The position numbers and the translations under genes are program-made. Positions 19,080-28,941 of a DNA stretch of 55,979 nt are shown piece after piece. Numbering within the stretch: position 1 is the first letter of the stretch; every line of letters begins with the position of its first letter. The notes under the pieces were generated by a model. The model ran no database searches, was not told where the DNA came from, and saw only the letters and a list, made by a program, of their open reading frames with translations. The DNA is from Caldilineae bacterium (lineage in GTDB: Bacteria; Chloroflexota; Anaerolineae; DTLA01), in the NCBI GenBank assembly GCA_037446815.1, contig JBBIHX010000006.1, positions 1 through 55,979 of the forward strand, in the 5' to 3' direction.

Positions 19080-19943
19080 CTACTTCAGGTACTTGTCCAG
19101 GAACAGGGCGAGTTTCTGGCGAGTCTCGGCCGGAATCTTGGCCGGGTTGGTGATGATGGCGTTCTCCAGAGCGTGGGGGCAGGGGCACGTTTCAGGCGCG
19201 CCCAGCGTGGGCACGGCCAATCGGATGATTTTCTTGGCCATCTCCACATTGCGTTGGAGGTTCTGCACGATCATCTCCACGGTTACAGGCTCCTCGGATT
19301 CGTGCCACACGTCGTAGTCGGTAACGAGAGCGAGGGTGGCGTAGCAGATCTCGGCCTCGCGCGCCAGTTTCGCCTCGGGGAGCGCGGTCATGCCGATGAC
19401 GTCCACCCCCCAGGAGCGGTAGATGCGAGACTCGGCCTTGGTGGAGAACTGCGGCCCCTCCATTACGACCATCGTCCCGTCCCTGTGGACGGTGGCGCCG
19501 GCCTTGAGCGCGGCAACGTAGAGTTTCTCGCGCATGTCGGGGCAGAACGGCTCGGCAAAGCCGATGTGGACGACGACGCCGTCGCCGAAGAAGGTGCTGG
19601 GCCTCGCTTTTGTGCGGTCAAAGATTTGGTCTGGGATGACGATGTGGAGCGGAGCGATTTCCTGCTTCATACTCCCGCAGGCGCTGATGGCGATGATTCG
19701 CTGGACGCCCAGGCTCTTGAGCGCGTAGATGTTGGCGCGCGCGGGCAGTTCGGATGGGGAGATGTAATGGCCGCGACCGTGCCGGGGCAGGAACGCAACA
19801 CGCACCCCTTCCAGCGTGCCGACGATGATCGCGTCGCTGGGGTCTCCGAACGGGGTCTTGATGCGAACCTCCTCAACGTTGGTGAGGCCTTCCATTTCGT
19901 AGACGCCGCTTCCGCCGATGACTCCGATAGGTACGGGCTCCAT
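19080..19943 (-). CDS. mtnP: S-methyl-5'-thioadenosine phosphorylase
   Basis: GVIGGSG, FLPRHG, EGPQFST.AES, GMT..PEAKLARE, VTDYD. Confidence 0.92.
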   Translation of the reverse strand: MEPVPIGVIGGSGVYEMEGLTNVEEVRIKTPFGDPSDAIIVGTLEGVRVAFLPRHGRGHYISPSELPARANIYALKSLGVQRIIAISACGSMKQEIAPLHIVIPDQIFDRTKARPSTFFGDGVVVHIGFAEPFCPDMREKLYVAALKAGATVHRDGTMVVMEGPQFSTKAESRIYRSWGVDVIGMTALPEAKLAREAEICYATLALVTDYDVWHESEEPVTVEMIVQNLQRNVEMAKKIIRLAVPTLGAPETCPCPHALENAIITNPAKIPAETRQKLALFLDKYLK

Positions 19944-20024
19944 ACGCTTGCCTCCTGACGTGATCACGAGGGCATTATATATGCTCTTGCGCGTCTTGCC
20001 AACTCTTGACCGCAGGGGTCTATG

Positions 20025-20124
20025 NNNNNNNNNNNNNNNNNNNNNNNNNNNNNNNNNNNNNNNNNNNNNNNNNNNNNNNNNNNNNNNNNNNNNNNNNNNN
20101 NNNNNNNNNNNNNNNNNNNNNNNN
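20025..20124. other. Assembly gap (100 N)
   Basis: N run. Confidence 1.
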
Positions 20125-20158
20125 CGCAGGTGCGTTGCACGTTGTGTGGGGCGCCGAC

Positions 20159-20214
20159 TTGACGGTTGTCGGTTGCCAGAATACAATACAGTTGCCTTAC
20201 TTACCGGTCGGTAA
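20159..20214 (+). promoter_or_regulatory. Sigma70 promoter and putative TetR operator
   Basis: TTGACG-17-TACAAT (20159-20187); palindrome TTACCG-GT-CGGTAA at 20201-20214. Confidence 0.7.
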
Positions 20215-20237
20215 ACATTTCAAGGCGGGGACGGCGT

Positions 20238-20840
20238 ATGGAAGGCACGAAGATACGCATCCTGCAGAAGGCCGGAGAACTGTTCGCCGCGCGCGGCTAC
20301 CGAGAGATCTCCATGCGCGAGATCGCCGCTGAGTGCGGCATCACCAAACCCGCTATCTACCACTACTTCCGCGACAAGAAGCACCTGTACCTGGAGGTGC
20401 TAGATCGCGAACTGGAGCGACTGGTGCTGGCTCTAGACGAGGCTGGCGGGGGCTCAGGCGAGGCGGCCGATCGCCTGGCTCGCCTTGTGCGATGCTACCT
20501 GGAATCCCTCCAGCAACGCCTGTCGCTCATCCAGTTACTTCTCCGCGATGTGGGCGCGATTGAGCGCGAGGTACCGGGCGTGGCTGCCAAGCGCAGCGAG
20601 GACATCTTGCGTCCCTTCGTCGCTGTGATTCAGGAGGGCATCGCACGCGGCGAGTTCCGGCCGGTGGATGCGACACGGGCCGCGCTGTCGCTGGCGGGCA
20701 TGATGAATGTGTTTGTAACGCGCACGCTGCTGCGGCCCGACCTTCCCATACGGGACGAAGACATCGTGCACACGGTGGACATGGCGCTGAGGGGCTTGCT
20801 TCCCCGGGAGCAGACTCGGATAGCAGACTCAAGGAGGTGA
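20238..20840 (+). CDS. TetR/AcrR family regulator
   Basis: ELFAARGY..SMREIA..GITKPAIYHYF.DK. Confidence 0.92.
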   Translation: MEGTKIRILQKAGELFAARGYREISMREIAAECGITKPAIYHYFRDKKHLYLEVLDRELERLVLALDEAGGGSGEAADRLARLVRCYLESLQQRLSLIQLLLRDVGAIEREVPGVAAKRSEDILRPFVAVIQEGIARGEFRPVDATRAALSLAGMMNVFVTRTLLRPDLPIRDEDIVHTVDMALRGLLPREQTRIADSRR

Positions 20841-20844
20841 GAAG

Positions 20845-23800
20845 ATGTACAGGATGCTGGCTAGTTTTGCTTTCCGGCAACGCTGGGTTGTGATCGGCAT
20901 TTGGGTGCTCTTGGCCGTGGTTATGGCGGTGTGGGCGCCGCCGCTGCAGAAGGTGGGAATCACCGACCAGGAGTCGTTTCTGCCGTCGGGCGCGCCGTCG
21001 GTGAAGGCGGGGCAGGTGATTGCCGAGAAGTTCCCCACAGACTCAGCGGTTGGGGACACCATTGTGTTCTTCCGCGCTACCGGCCTTACCGATGATGACA
21101 TGGCGTATGCGCGCAGCGTGGAGGATTGGCTTGCATCTGCCGATGCTCCCGATGAGGTCTCCAGGGTCGTGTCGGTGTTCTCCAACCCGGAACTGGCGCC
21201 GATGCTGAAGAGCAGCGACGGCACCGCCATGCTCATGAGTGTGGAATTCTCCACAGCCGTATCCTCGGCACCTACTCACGAGGCGGTGAATCGTATTCGC
21301 GCGCACTTGCAGGATCACCCATCTGGGCTTGAAGTGTACACGGCCGGGTCGGCGTCGGTAGCCCGCGACACGCTGGAGACGGTGAAGCGCAGCCTGGATC
21401 GGACGACGTGGGCGACGATCGCGCTGGTCGTGGTGATCCTGCTGGTGATCTATCGCTCTCCCGTGGCAGCGGTGGTTCCCCTGGCGACGATTGGCATGGC
21501 CTATCTGGTTTCCACGGGGGTGCTGGGTTTCCTGGCCCGCGCGGGTGTGAAGATGTCCACGCAAATGGAGATTTTTGCGGTCGTTGTCATCTTCGGCGTG
21601 GGGACGGACTACTGTCTGTTCATCGTTTCGCGCTTCCGCGAGGAATTGCATCGCCAGAGCACGCGATTTGAGGCCGGTATGCGGACGATGGAGAAGATCG
21701 GCGCGGTCATCGCGGCCAGCGCGACGGTGGTCATCCTTGCGTTCTTGTTCCTAAATGTGGCGCGATTTGGGCTGTCCCGGACGCTGGGGACCGGGCTCGC
21801 GGTATGCATCTTCATCACGCTACTGGCGGGCCTGACGCTGACACCCGCTCTGCTGTCGGTGATGGGGACGCGGCTGTTCTGGCCGTTTGCGAATGAGGTT
21901 GAGCACCGCGAGCGGGGGTTCTGGCATGGCTTGGCCCATGGGGTCAGCCGCAATGCCCGGTGGGTGGTTCCCGTGGTGATTGTGGCACTGCTTGTCCCAT
22001 ACGCAGCGTTGCCCAAGATGGTCCGCAGTTTTGACATTTTGGCGGACATACCGGCGGACATGGATTCGGTGAAAGGTTTTGAAACGCTGAAAGGGCACTT
22101 TGACTCGGGCGAAATCTTCCCGACGCACGTTATGCTGCTTACGCAGGATGGGGACGTTCGCGATGAGTTGGCGGCCGTGGCTACGCTTGCAGAGCGGCTG
22201 CGGCAAATCCCTGGCGTGGTGCGGGTGAGGAGTCTGCTCACGCCCACCGGAGATGCCGAGCAGGCGGGCTTGTTCACGGTGGACGGGCAACTGGGCCTTC
22301 TCTCGGAGGGGCTAAGCCGTGCGACCGCGGCGTTCGCGGGTGGCCAATCGGCCCCTGCTACTCCCGCTGACCCCGTTGCGCTTGTAACGGCTTTGAACGC
22401 CTACCTGCAACAACTTGGCGACGCCTACCCGGAGGTCAAAGCCACTCCCGCATACAGCGGTGCTGTGGCTGATGCGCGGGCTTTGCAGGGCCAGATGGCG
22501 CGGTTGCAGCAGCAACTGCTGGTAACGGGGCAACTGGAGACCATCGCGGAGCAGGTGGGCACGCTGGCGGTCGGGTTGCGCAGCCCGATGATAACTGCCG
22601 CGCCGGATGCGCTTGGGCAGTATGCGGGCACCCTGCAGGCTTTGAAGGATTATTTGACCGATTTGGGCGCCGCGTTCCCGTTTGCCAAGGATGAGGCAAG
22701 TTACACAAAGGCGCTGGCTAGCCTGGAGCAGATCGCATCGGTTTGGGCACAGGTGCAGAAGGGACTGTTCGTCTCGGGGCAGATTGGCATTATTGCCGAC
22801 GGGATGGACATGCTGGCCAAGCAACTGGAGAATCCGGCTTCGCTGATGAAGGTGGATGCCGCAGGCCAATTGGCGGCGCTGCAGAGTTACCTGGCCGAGT
22901 TGGCGGAACGGTACCCCTGGGTTGCGGCCGAGCCTTCCTTCGCGGCGGCTGGCGAGCATTTTGCCAAGATGGCAGAGATGGCGGCCAAACTCCAGGGTGG
23001 CCAGGTTCCGATGAGTGATTTGCCGAGCGCGTTGGCGGCTCTGAAGTCCGACGTTACCGGCATGGCGGAGGCCCTGCGCGTTCTCTCGGACGCTTTCGTG
23101 GCGCGCGACCCGAAGGCCAGTTTTGTGCCCAAGAACATGCCGGCGGGGATGATGCGGCCAGCGGACTTGGCGAACAAGGTGGAGGAGTTCGGGCTTGCGC
23201 TGCTGGAATTGCGCGCGGCGTTTGAAGCCAAGGCGCCCGATGCGCGCTACGTGCCCACGGGGCAGTTCGCGAGTTCAGGTTTGCTTGCGGGCACGGCTAC
23301 GCAAGATGCCGCGGCGCTGGTTACCACGGTGAAGTCGCTGGCGGGAAATCTGGGCGAATTGCGGCGCGGGTTTGAGGGCAGGACGGCATACCTGTATCCC
23401 ACGGCGCTGTTGGCGCTGATCCCCGAGGCGCAATCGCTGGAAAAGGCGTTTGTATCGGCCGACGGGTCGGCGACGCGGATGTACGTCATCCTGGCGCCCG
23501 AGCCGTACTCCAACGAGGCGCTGAACTTGAGCCTGGAGGTGCGGAAGGCAGCATCTCAGGTTGGGACGGAGATCGGCAGGGAAGTTTACATAACGGGGAG
23601 TTCTGCGGCTTTCGCCGACATCCGCCAGGTGTCCAACGAAGACTTCGTCAAGGTGCTGGTTCTGATTGCCATCGGCGTCTTCGTGGTCATGATTGCCCTG
23701 TTGCGCGCCATCGTGGCACCGGCGTACCTGGTGTTGACCGTGCTGTTGAGTTATGGATCTACCCTGGGCCTGACCGTGTTTGTGTTCCAGATGCTGATGG

Positions 23801-24156
23801 GGCAGGAGGGGGTGAACCTGCTCATTCCCACGATTGTGCTGGTCTTGCTGGTGGCGCTTGGCGCTGACTACAATATCTTCCTCATGTCGCGCGTGCGCGA
23901 AGAAACCGCGTCGGCCGAGTTTGTGGAGGGCCTGGTCGCGGCCACGTCCCGAACGGGCGCCATCATCACCTCGTGCGGCATCGTGCTGGCGGGGACGTTC
24001 GCCACGATGATGTTGTCGCCGATGACGATGTTGTTCCAGGTGGGCGCGAGCGTGGCCTTTGGCGTGCTCCTGGATACCTTCGTGATTCGCGGGATTCTGG
24101 TGCCGGGCATCGCGCGCCTGCTGCGCGAACGGAACTGGTGGCCCGCCAAGAAGTAG
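20845..24156 (+). CDS. MMPL (RND) transporter with long repetitive insert
   Basis: GVGTDY.LF..RFREE and GADYNIFL.SR motifs; about 12 hydrophobic helices. Confidence 0.9.
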   Translation: MYRMLASFAFRQRWVVIGIWVLLAVVMAVWAPPLQKVGITDQESFLPSGAPSVKAGQVIAEKFPTDSAVGDTIVFFRATGLTDDDMAYARSVEDWLASADAPDEVSRVVSVFSNPELAPMLKSSDGTAMLMSVEFSTAVSSAPTHEAVNRIRAHLQDHPSGLEVYTAGSASVARDTLETVKRSLDRTTWATIALVVVILLVIYRSPVAAVVPLATIGMAYLVSTGVLGFLARAGVKMSTQMEIFAVVVIFGVGTDYCLFIVSRFREELHRQSTRFEAGMRTMEKIGAVIAASATVVILAFLFLNVARFGLSRTLGTGLAVCIFITLLAGLTLTPALLSVMGTRLFWPFANEVEHRERGFWHGLAHGVSRNARWVVPVVIVALLVPYAALPKMVRSFDILADIPADMDSVKGFETLKGHFDSGEIFPTHVMLLTQDGDVRDELAAVATLAERLRQIPGVVRVRSLLTPTGDAEQAGLFTVDGQLGLLSEGLSRATAAFAGGQSAPATPADPVALVTALNAYLQQLGDAYPEVKATPAYSGAVADARALQGQMARLQQQLLVTGQLETIAEQVGTLAVGLRSPMITAAPDALGQYAGTLQALKDYLTDLGAAFPFAKDEASYTKALASLEQIASVWAQVQKGLFVSGQIGIIADGMDMLAKQLENPASLMKVDAAGQLAALQSYLAELAERYPWVAAEPSFAAAGEHFAKMAEMAAKLQGGQVPMSDLPSALAALKSDVTGMAEALRVLSDAFVARDPKASFVPKNMPAGMMRPADLANKVEEFGLALLELRAAFEAKAPDARYVPTGQFASSGLLAGTATQDAAALVTTVKSLAGNLGELRRGFEGRTAYLYPTALLALIPEAQSLEKAFVSADGSATRMYVILAPEPYSNEALNLSLEVRKAASQVGTEIGREVYITGSSAAFADIRQVSNEDFVKVLVLIAIGVFVVMIALLRAIVAPAYLVLTVLLSYGSTLGLTVFVFQMLMGQEGVNLLIPTIVLVLLVALGADYNIFLMSRVREETASAEFVEGLVAATSRTGAIITSCGIVLAGTFATMMLSPMTMLFQVGASVAFGVLLDTFVIRGILVPGIARLLRERNWWPAKK

Positions 24157-24169
24157 CATTCTGCGCATA

Positions 24170-24200
24170 CGGGGGAACACGCAGTGAGGGTGTTCCCCCG
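24170..24200. terminator. Hairpin between convergent genes
   Basis: CGGGGGAACAC..GTGTTCCCCCG. Confidence 0.6.
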
Positions 24201-24211
24201 CGACTCCACAC

Positions 24212-24814
24212 TCACACCGTGGGGGCGTCCGCGGTGTCGGCTGCGGCCTTAGGATCCTCAAGGTGCGGCTCGGGCAGGTCCAGCGGCGGGAGGTCGTCCA
24301 GGGATTTGAGGCCGAAGTACTGGAGGAATTCAAAGGTCGTACCGTAGAGAATGGGCCTGCCCACCTGCTCCAACCTGCCTACTTCTTCCACCAGCCCCCT
24401 GGAGACCAGCGTGCGCAGGACGCCATCGCAGTTGACGCCGCGAATGGCTTCCAGCGCCGCGCGTGTGATGGGCTGGCGGTACGCGATGATGGCCAGGGTC
24501 TCCAGGGCGGGTTGGGTGAGCCTGCCGCTCAGTTCCAGCCCCAGGAACTTCTGAATATAGGGGGCGGCCTCGGGCATGGACACGAGTTGCACTTGCGTCC
24601 CCTTGCGCTGAAGGCGAATGCCGCGCTCGGACAGGCGCTGCTCCAGGGCGGCGAGCGCCTGTTCAACAGCCTGCGTGTCCGCCCCGAGGATTTGAGCGAT
24701 GGCGTCAATTCCCGTCGGGCGATCTGCAACGAAGAGCAGGCTTTCAATGAGCGCCGAGAGGTCAGGCGCAGTGTCTTGCATCGCGGGGAGTGTCTCTGGG
24801 TTTGTCAGGGTCAT
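24212..24814 (-). CDS. scpB: SMC-Scp complex subunit ScpB
   Basis: IESLLF, ALETLAIIAYRQPITR, IRGV, GRP.LYGTT.FL.YFGL; start uncertain. Confidence 0.92.
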   Translation of the reverse strand: MTLTNPETLPAMQDTAPDLSALIESLLFVADRPTGIDAIAQILGADTQAVEQALAALEQRLSERGIRLQRKGTQVQLVSMPEAAPYIQKFLGLELSGRLTQPALETLAIIAYRQPITRAALEAIRGVNCDGVLRTLVSRGLVEEVGRLEQVGRPILYGTTFEFLQYFGLKSLDDLPPLDLPEPHLEDPKAAADTADAPTV

Positions 24815-24845
24815 GCCTCCGTGATATGATGGGTCATCGGTTGTC

Positions 24846-25409
24846 ATGGAGCGAGTCGCCGTGCGAAGACTGACCGTCGTGCTGTTGGCGTTGGCTGTGG
24901 CCCTTGTCGGGTGCAGGCCCCAAGCCGATGCCGTCGCCAGGTGCGGGCCACCGCCTCAAATCCAATATTCCGAAGAACTGGCGCAGTCGTTGGATGCGCG
25001 GTTGCTGCCCTACTTGCAAGGTCAGACACGTCGGTTTGTCTTGCAGACGACATCGCAAGAACTCACGTCGTGGATCGCGTACTCGGCCTTGCGCTGGCCG
25101 GGGATACCGATCCGAGATGCGGTTGTTTGGTTTTCACCGGAACGGGTGCACTTCAGCGGCGTCCTTACCCGCGTGTTCCTCTTTTCGCTTCGGTTGCAGG
25201 TGCACGCGAGGGTATGGCTTGACGGCGAGACGCTGCAGGTCTCGGTGGAAGAGGCCTGCGTGGGTCGCATGGCGCTCCCTCGCTGGGCCAGGAATCTGGC
25301 AAGCCGCATCATCACCGACACGATTACGGACACAGGCCCCTACGTCCGATTGGACTCGCTGGAAATCGCCGACGGATACCTTCGGGTCGGCGGGTGGCTT
25401 GGGCGCTAG
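24846..25409 (+). CDS. Putative lipoprotein (possibly LmeA/DUF2993-like)
   Basis: Lipobox LVGC after a hydrophobic signal. Confidence 0.6.
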   Translation: MERVAVRRLTVVLLALAVALVGCRPQADAVARCGPPPQIQYSEELAQSLDARLLPYLQGQTRRFVLQTTSQELTSWIAYSALRWPGIPIRDAVVWFSPERVHFSGVLTRVFLFSLRLQVHARVWLDGETLQVSVEEACVGRMALPRWARNLASRIITDTITDTGPYVRLDSLEIADGYLRVGGWLGR

Positions 25410-26041
25410 GGTTGCGGCGGCTGCGATTCCGGCGGCGGGGCCGCTGGAGTGAGCGGTTCAGGCCCGGCCGCAGGTGGCATCGGAGTTGGGACCGGCGCGC
25501 GCCCTGCCGGCGAAGGCATCGCCGCGTGTCGGACGGATACAATCATCTTGCCGAGCCGCAGGCCCATCTGCTCCTCTATGACCGCGCGAGTGATTTGGCT
25601 CAGTTCCTCCGTCTTGGCCGGGATGTTGACATCGTTCGTTGTCTCAATATCCAGCGTGATATCCACCCGTTTGCCCCTCGCGGACACGTGCGGCTTGACG
25701 GACAGAATCTGCGGCAACTGGTCCAGGTTGTACTGCAGTCGTCGGGCTACGGACTCCACGGCCACTCGGGCCTCGCCGCCGCTGATTTTCTCCACGCGGA
25801 CCGTCTTGGAGACGGGGCGGCGCACCTCAAGCCACAGCAGAACCAGGCTGAGGGCGATTAGACCCAGCAGGGCGATGGTCATGAGCACCCAGCCCTGGAA
25901 CGTGGAGATGTACGAATCCAATGCCCCGACGAATTCACCGGCCACAGAGAGCGCTTGCTTCGGCAGGACGATCACCGCGGCGCTGACCAGGATAAGCGCA
26001 ATAAGGAGCAGCACAACGATGACGCGGTTGAACAGGTTCAT
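25406..26041 (-). CDS. AmaP/Asp23-like membrane anchor
   Basis: Two N-terminal TM helices, Asp23-like domain (E.MGL), Pro-rich tail. Confidence 0.7.
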   Translation of the reverse strand: MNLFNRVIVVLLLIALILVSAAVIVLPKQALSVAGEFVGALDSYISTFQGWVLMTIALLGLIALSLVLLWLEVRRPVSKTVRVEKISGGEARVAVESVARRLQYNLDQLPQILSVKPHVSARGKRVDITLDIETTNDVNIPAKTEELSQITRAVIEEQMGLRLGKMIVSVRHAAMPSPAGRAPVPTPMPPAAGPEPLTPAAPPPESQPPQP

Positions 26042-26144
26042 GGTAATTCCCCCTTTCCGTGTGCGGGCGTCTGCGCCGCAGCGGTTGCGTCCGCATTATA
26101 CCGCCGTCGCGGCTGTTGTCAATCGTGGGCCTATTCCCCGCCGG

Positions 26145-27194
26145 TTACCGCCCGATGAGCGGCTCGCCCTCGGAGAAGGAGAAGCCCATGATTTCAGCGA
26201 AACGCCTGGCGATGCGATTCTGAGCGGACGTCGGGCTCCCGTTGAGGCGAAGGCGTCCGCCCGCGGCCTGTCCGTGTCCGCCGGCGCTACCATTCCCCTC
26301 CACGAGTCGCTGGATGACCTTGCCCGCATTGAGGCTTGGGTCGCTTGCGCGTAGGGACAAGATGACCTCATCGCCCGAGATGGCGACGCTGAGGACCCAG
26401 ACGGCCCCTTGCAAGCGGGCCAGGAGATCGGCCACTTCCGCCGCCATGTCGGGGTGCTGGACCACGCCCAGCGTCGTGATGACGATATTGCCGTACACCC
26501 GCGCACGCCGCAGCGCGCGTTCCATCACGGTGAAATAGCCGCGCGACAATTGCGCTCGTTCTATCGCGCCAAGGATGGGCAGGTCGGCACGCTCGTGCAG
26601 GTACAGGTAGGCGACCGCATCGGCGCGGCTCGCTTCTCGGCTGAGGCCCAGCGTGTCGCTCTTGATGCCGTAGAACAGGGCAGTGGCCAGCGCGGGGTGC
26701 GGCTCCACGGACATGGCCCAGAGGTAGCGGGTAACCAGCGTCGCCGTCGCCGCGATGCGGGTCTGCACGTCCCGGAACGGGGCGCGGATGGAATTGGCGA
26801 CAGGCGGGTGGTGGTCAATCACGGCGATGGGGACCACGGACGCGGGCAGAAGGTTGTTCCCCATGCCGGGCTGCGTATCCACGAGAAGGATGGGCTGCGC
26901 CGTCTGAAGTTCAGAAGGTGTGGCCGGCTTGAGCGGAATCTGCAGGAGTTCCACCATGGCGCGGTTTTCGGCCCTTCCGATCATGCCGCCGTACCGGATG
27001 CTGGCTCGGATACGCAGCGTGGATTCCAAGAGCCAGGCAAGCCCCCAAGCCGACGAGATGCTGTCGGGGTCGGGGTCGTTGTGCGTTAGGATGGTTACTT
27101 CCTTGTAACCACGCAGCAGGTTCAGCAGTCGTTCCGCGCGGCGGCGAACCGTGGTGTAGCGTACCGCCTCTCGGTTGGCCGTGAGCCTCCGCAT
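26145..27194 (-). CDS. DHH/DHHA1 phosphoesterase
   Basis: HNDPDPD, VDTQ, IDHH, SDT, AGGHG.AAGG. Confidence 0.88.
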   Translation of the reverse strand: MRRLTANREAVRYTTVRRRAERLLNLLRGYKEVTILTHNDPDPDSISSAWGLAWLLESTLRIRASIRYGGMIGRAENRAMVELLQIPLKPATPSELQTAQPILLVDTQPGMGNNLLPASVVPIAVIDHHPPVANSIRAPFRDVQTRIAATATLVTRYLWAMSVEPHPALATALFYGIKSDTLGLSREASRADAVAYLYLHERADLPILGAIERAQLSRGYFTVMERALRRARVYGNIVITTLGVVQHPDMAAEVADLLARLQGAVWVLSVAISGDEVILSLRASDPSLNAGKVIQRLVEGNGSAGGHGQAAGGRLRLNGSPTSAQNRIARRFAEIMGFSFSEGEPLIGR

Positions 27195-27274
27195 TGTCTT
27201 GCTCCTGTGGCGCGTTGCGTAAGGGATTATAGTGCCTCCCGGCGGGGGCGTCAAAGGCGAAGGCGAGGTTTGTC

Positions 27275-27332
27275 ATGCTTCGCCTTCGGCTCAACATGGC
27301 CGTAAGCGCCAGCAGTCTGTTGAAATCGTGTC
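27275..27332. repeat. Remnant of the MITE/REP family
   Basis: ATGCTTCGCCTTCGGCTCAACATGGC matches 50905-50930; degenerate end TGAAATCGTGTC. Confidence 0.6.
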
Positions 27333-27347
27333 TCATTGCGCGGAGAG

Positions 27348-27376
27348 TTGACCGTAAGGCCCTGTGTGGCTACAAT
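27348..27376 (+). promoter_or_regulatory. Sigma70 promoter of the rluB operon
   Basis: TTGACC-17-TACAAT. Confidence 0.65.
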
Positions 27377-27411
27377 GGAAACGGACCCTGTTATCGGTGG
27401 AACGGATTCAC

Positions 27412-28203
27412 ATGCCGCACGAGCGCATTCAGAAAATCCTAGCCCAGGCCGGCTACGGGTCTCGTCGCGGGTGCGAGGAACTTATCGTGGAGGGCCGCGT
27501 TCGCGTGGACGGTGTCGTGGCTGTGCTTGGGCAGAAGGCGGACCCTGCTCGCCAGGTCATTACCGTGGATGGCGAGCGTGTTCGGCTGCCCGAGGCACGG
27601 GTGTACCTGGCGCTGAACAAGCCCCGCGGCGTGCTGTCGGATACCGAAGACGCCCGCGGGCGCACGACCGTGCTGGACCTGGTGCCGCACACAGGACACC
27701 TTTTCGCCGTGGGCAGGTTGGACCTGACAAGCGAGGGGCTGGTTCTGTTGACGAACGACGGGGATTTGGCGAACCGTCTGCTGCATCCGCGCTACGGGCA
27801 CGAGCGCGAGTACCATGTGCGGGTGGCTGGGCGCCCCTCGGAAGATGTCATCCGCGCGTGGTGCCGGGGGATTGTGCTGGACGGCGAGAAGACGCGCCCG
27901 GCGCAGGTGAAAGTGCTGAGAGCCGAGGGTAGCGATACGTGGCTGCAAGTGATCATGCAGGAGGGCAAGAAGCGCCAGATACGGCGTGTGGCGGCGGCGC
28001 TGGGACATCCGGTGCGCACCCTCATCCGCGTGCGGATCGGCCCCATTCGCTTGGGCAGATTGGCCCCGGGCGAGTGGCGACCGCTGACGCCCCGAGAGGT
28101 GCAGGCGCTGCAGGCGGCGGCAAGGAACGGCGGCCCTCGCAACGGCAGTGCGGCCCAGAGCCGCCCGAAGCGCGGCCCCCGTGCCGGGAGCCGCAACGTG
28201 TAA
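27412..28203 (+). CDS. rluB: 23S rRNA pseudouridine synthase (RluB/RsuA family)
   Basis: S4 domain, NKPRG, VGRLD, EGKKRQIRR. Confidence 0.88.
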   Translation: MPHERIQKILAQAGYGSRRGCEELIVEGRVRVDGVVAVLGQKADPARQVITVDGERVRLPEARVYLALNKPRGVLSDTEDARGRTTVLDLVPHTGHLFAVGRLDLTSEGLVLLTNDGDLANRLLHPRYGHEREYHVRVAGRPSEDVIRAWCRGIVLDGEKTRPAQVKVLRAEGSDTWLQVIMQEGKKRQIRRVAAALGHPVRTLIRVRIGPIRLGRLAPGEWRPLTPREVQALQAAARNGGPRNGSAAQSRPKRGPRAGSRNV

Positions 28204-28230
28204 CCGAAATCTGTGTTGTGGGGAGTGAAA

Positions 28231-28941
28231 GTGCCGACACCGTCTATCATCGCGATTGATGGGACCTCTGCTTCAGGGAAAAGCACGATAGGAGGACTTC
28301 TAGCAGAACGCCTGGGATACGTGTTTTTTGATTCCGGAGTGATGTACCGCGCGGTAACGTGGGTTGCCCTTTCCCGCGGCATTGCTGTATCGGACGAGGA
28401 GGCGACGACTCGGCTTGCCGAGGAGGTGGTGATAAGCGTTGAGCGGCCCGATGTTGACGATGGCCGTCAGTACACTATTCGGGCGGATGGGCAGGATATT
28501 ACCTGGGAGATTCGCAGCCCTCAGGTGGACGCGGCGGTTTCGCCGGTCTCTGCTTACCCCGGCGTTCGCGCAGCGCTGACCGCGCAGCAGCGCCGAATCG
28601 GGCGACAGGGGCGCATCGTCATGGTGGGCCGCGACATCGGTACTGTGGTGCTGCCGGAGGCGGATCTTAAGATATTCATGGATGCCACACCGGAGGAGCG
28701 CGCCCGACGACGGATGCTGGAACTCCACGCCCGTGGCGCGAATGCGAAATACGAAGACGTGCTTTCTGCCATCCTCCGGCGCGACAAGTACGACAGCGAG
28801 CGTGCGATCGCTCCGCTGACCAAGGCCGACGACGCCATCTATCTGGACACGACCGATTTGACGGTGGAGCAAGTCCTGGAGCGAGTGCTGGCGCTGGTGG
28901 AGAATCAGGATTGCGAGGAGAGCGAAGCGGATGTGGACTAG
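28231..28941 (+). CDS. cmk: Cytidylate kinase
   Basis: IAIDG.SASGKST, DSG.MYRA, GRDIGTVV. Confidence 0.93.
   Translation: MPTPSIIAIDGTSASGKSTIGGLLAERLGYVFFDSGVMYRAVTWVALSRGIAVSDEEATTRLAEEVVISVERPDVDDGRQYTIRADGQDITWEIRSPQVDAAVSPVSAYPGVRAALTAQQRRIGRQGRIVMVGRDIGTVVLPEADLKIFMDATPEERARRRMLELHARGANAKYEDVLSAILRRDKYDSERAIAPLTKADDAIYLDTTDLTVEQVLERVLALVENQDCEESEADVD

Noticed and set aside
19944..20186. N-terminal extension of mtnP across the gap
   Set aside because: Artefact of the N run; SD GGAGG supports ATG at 19943
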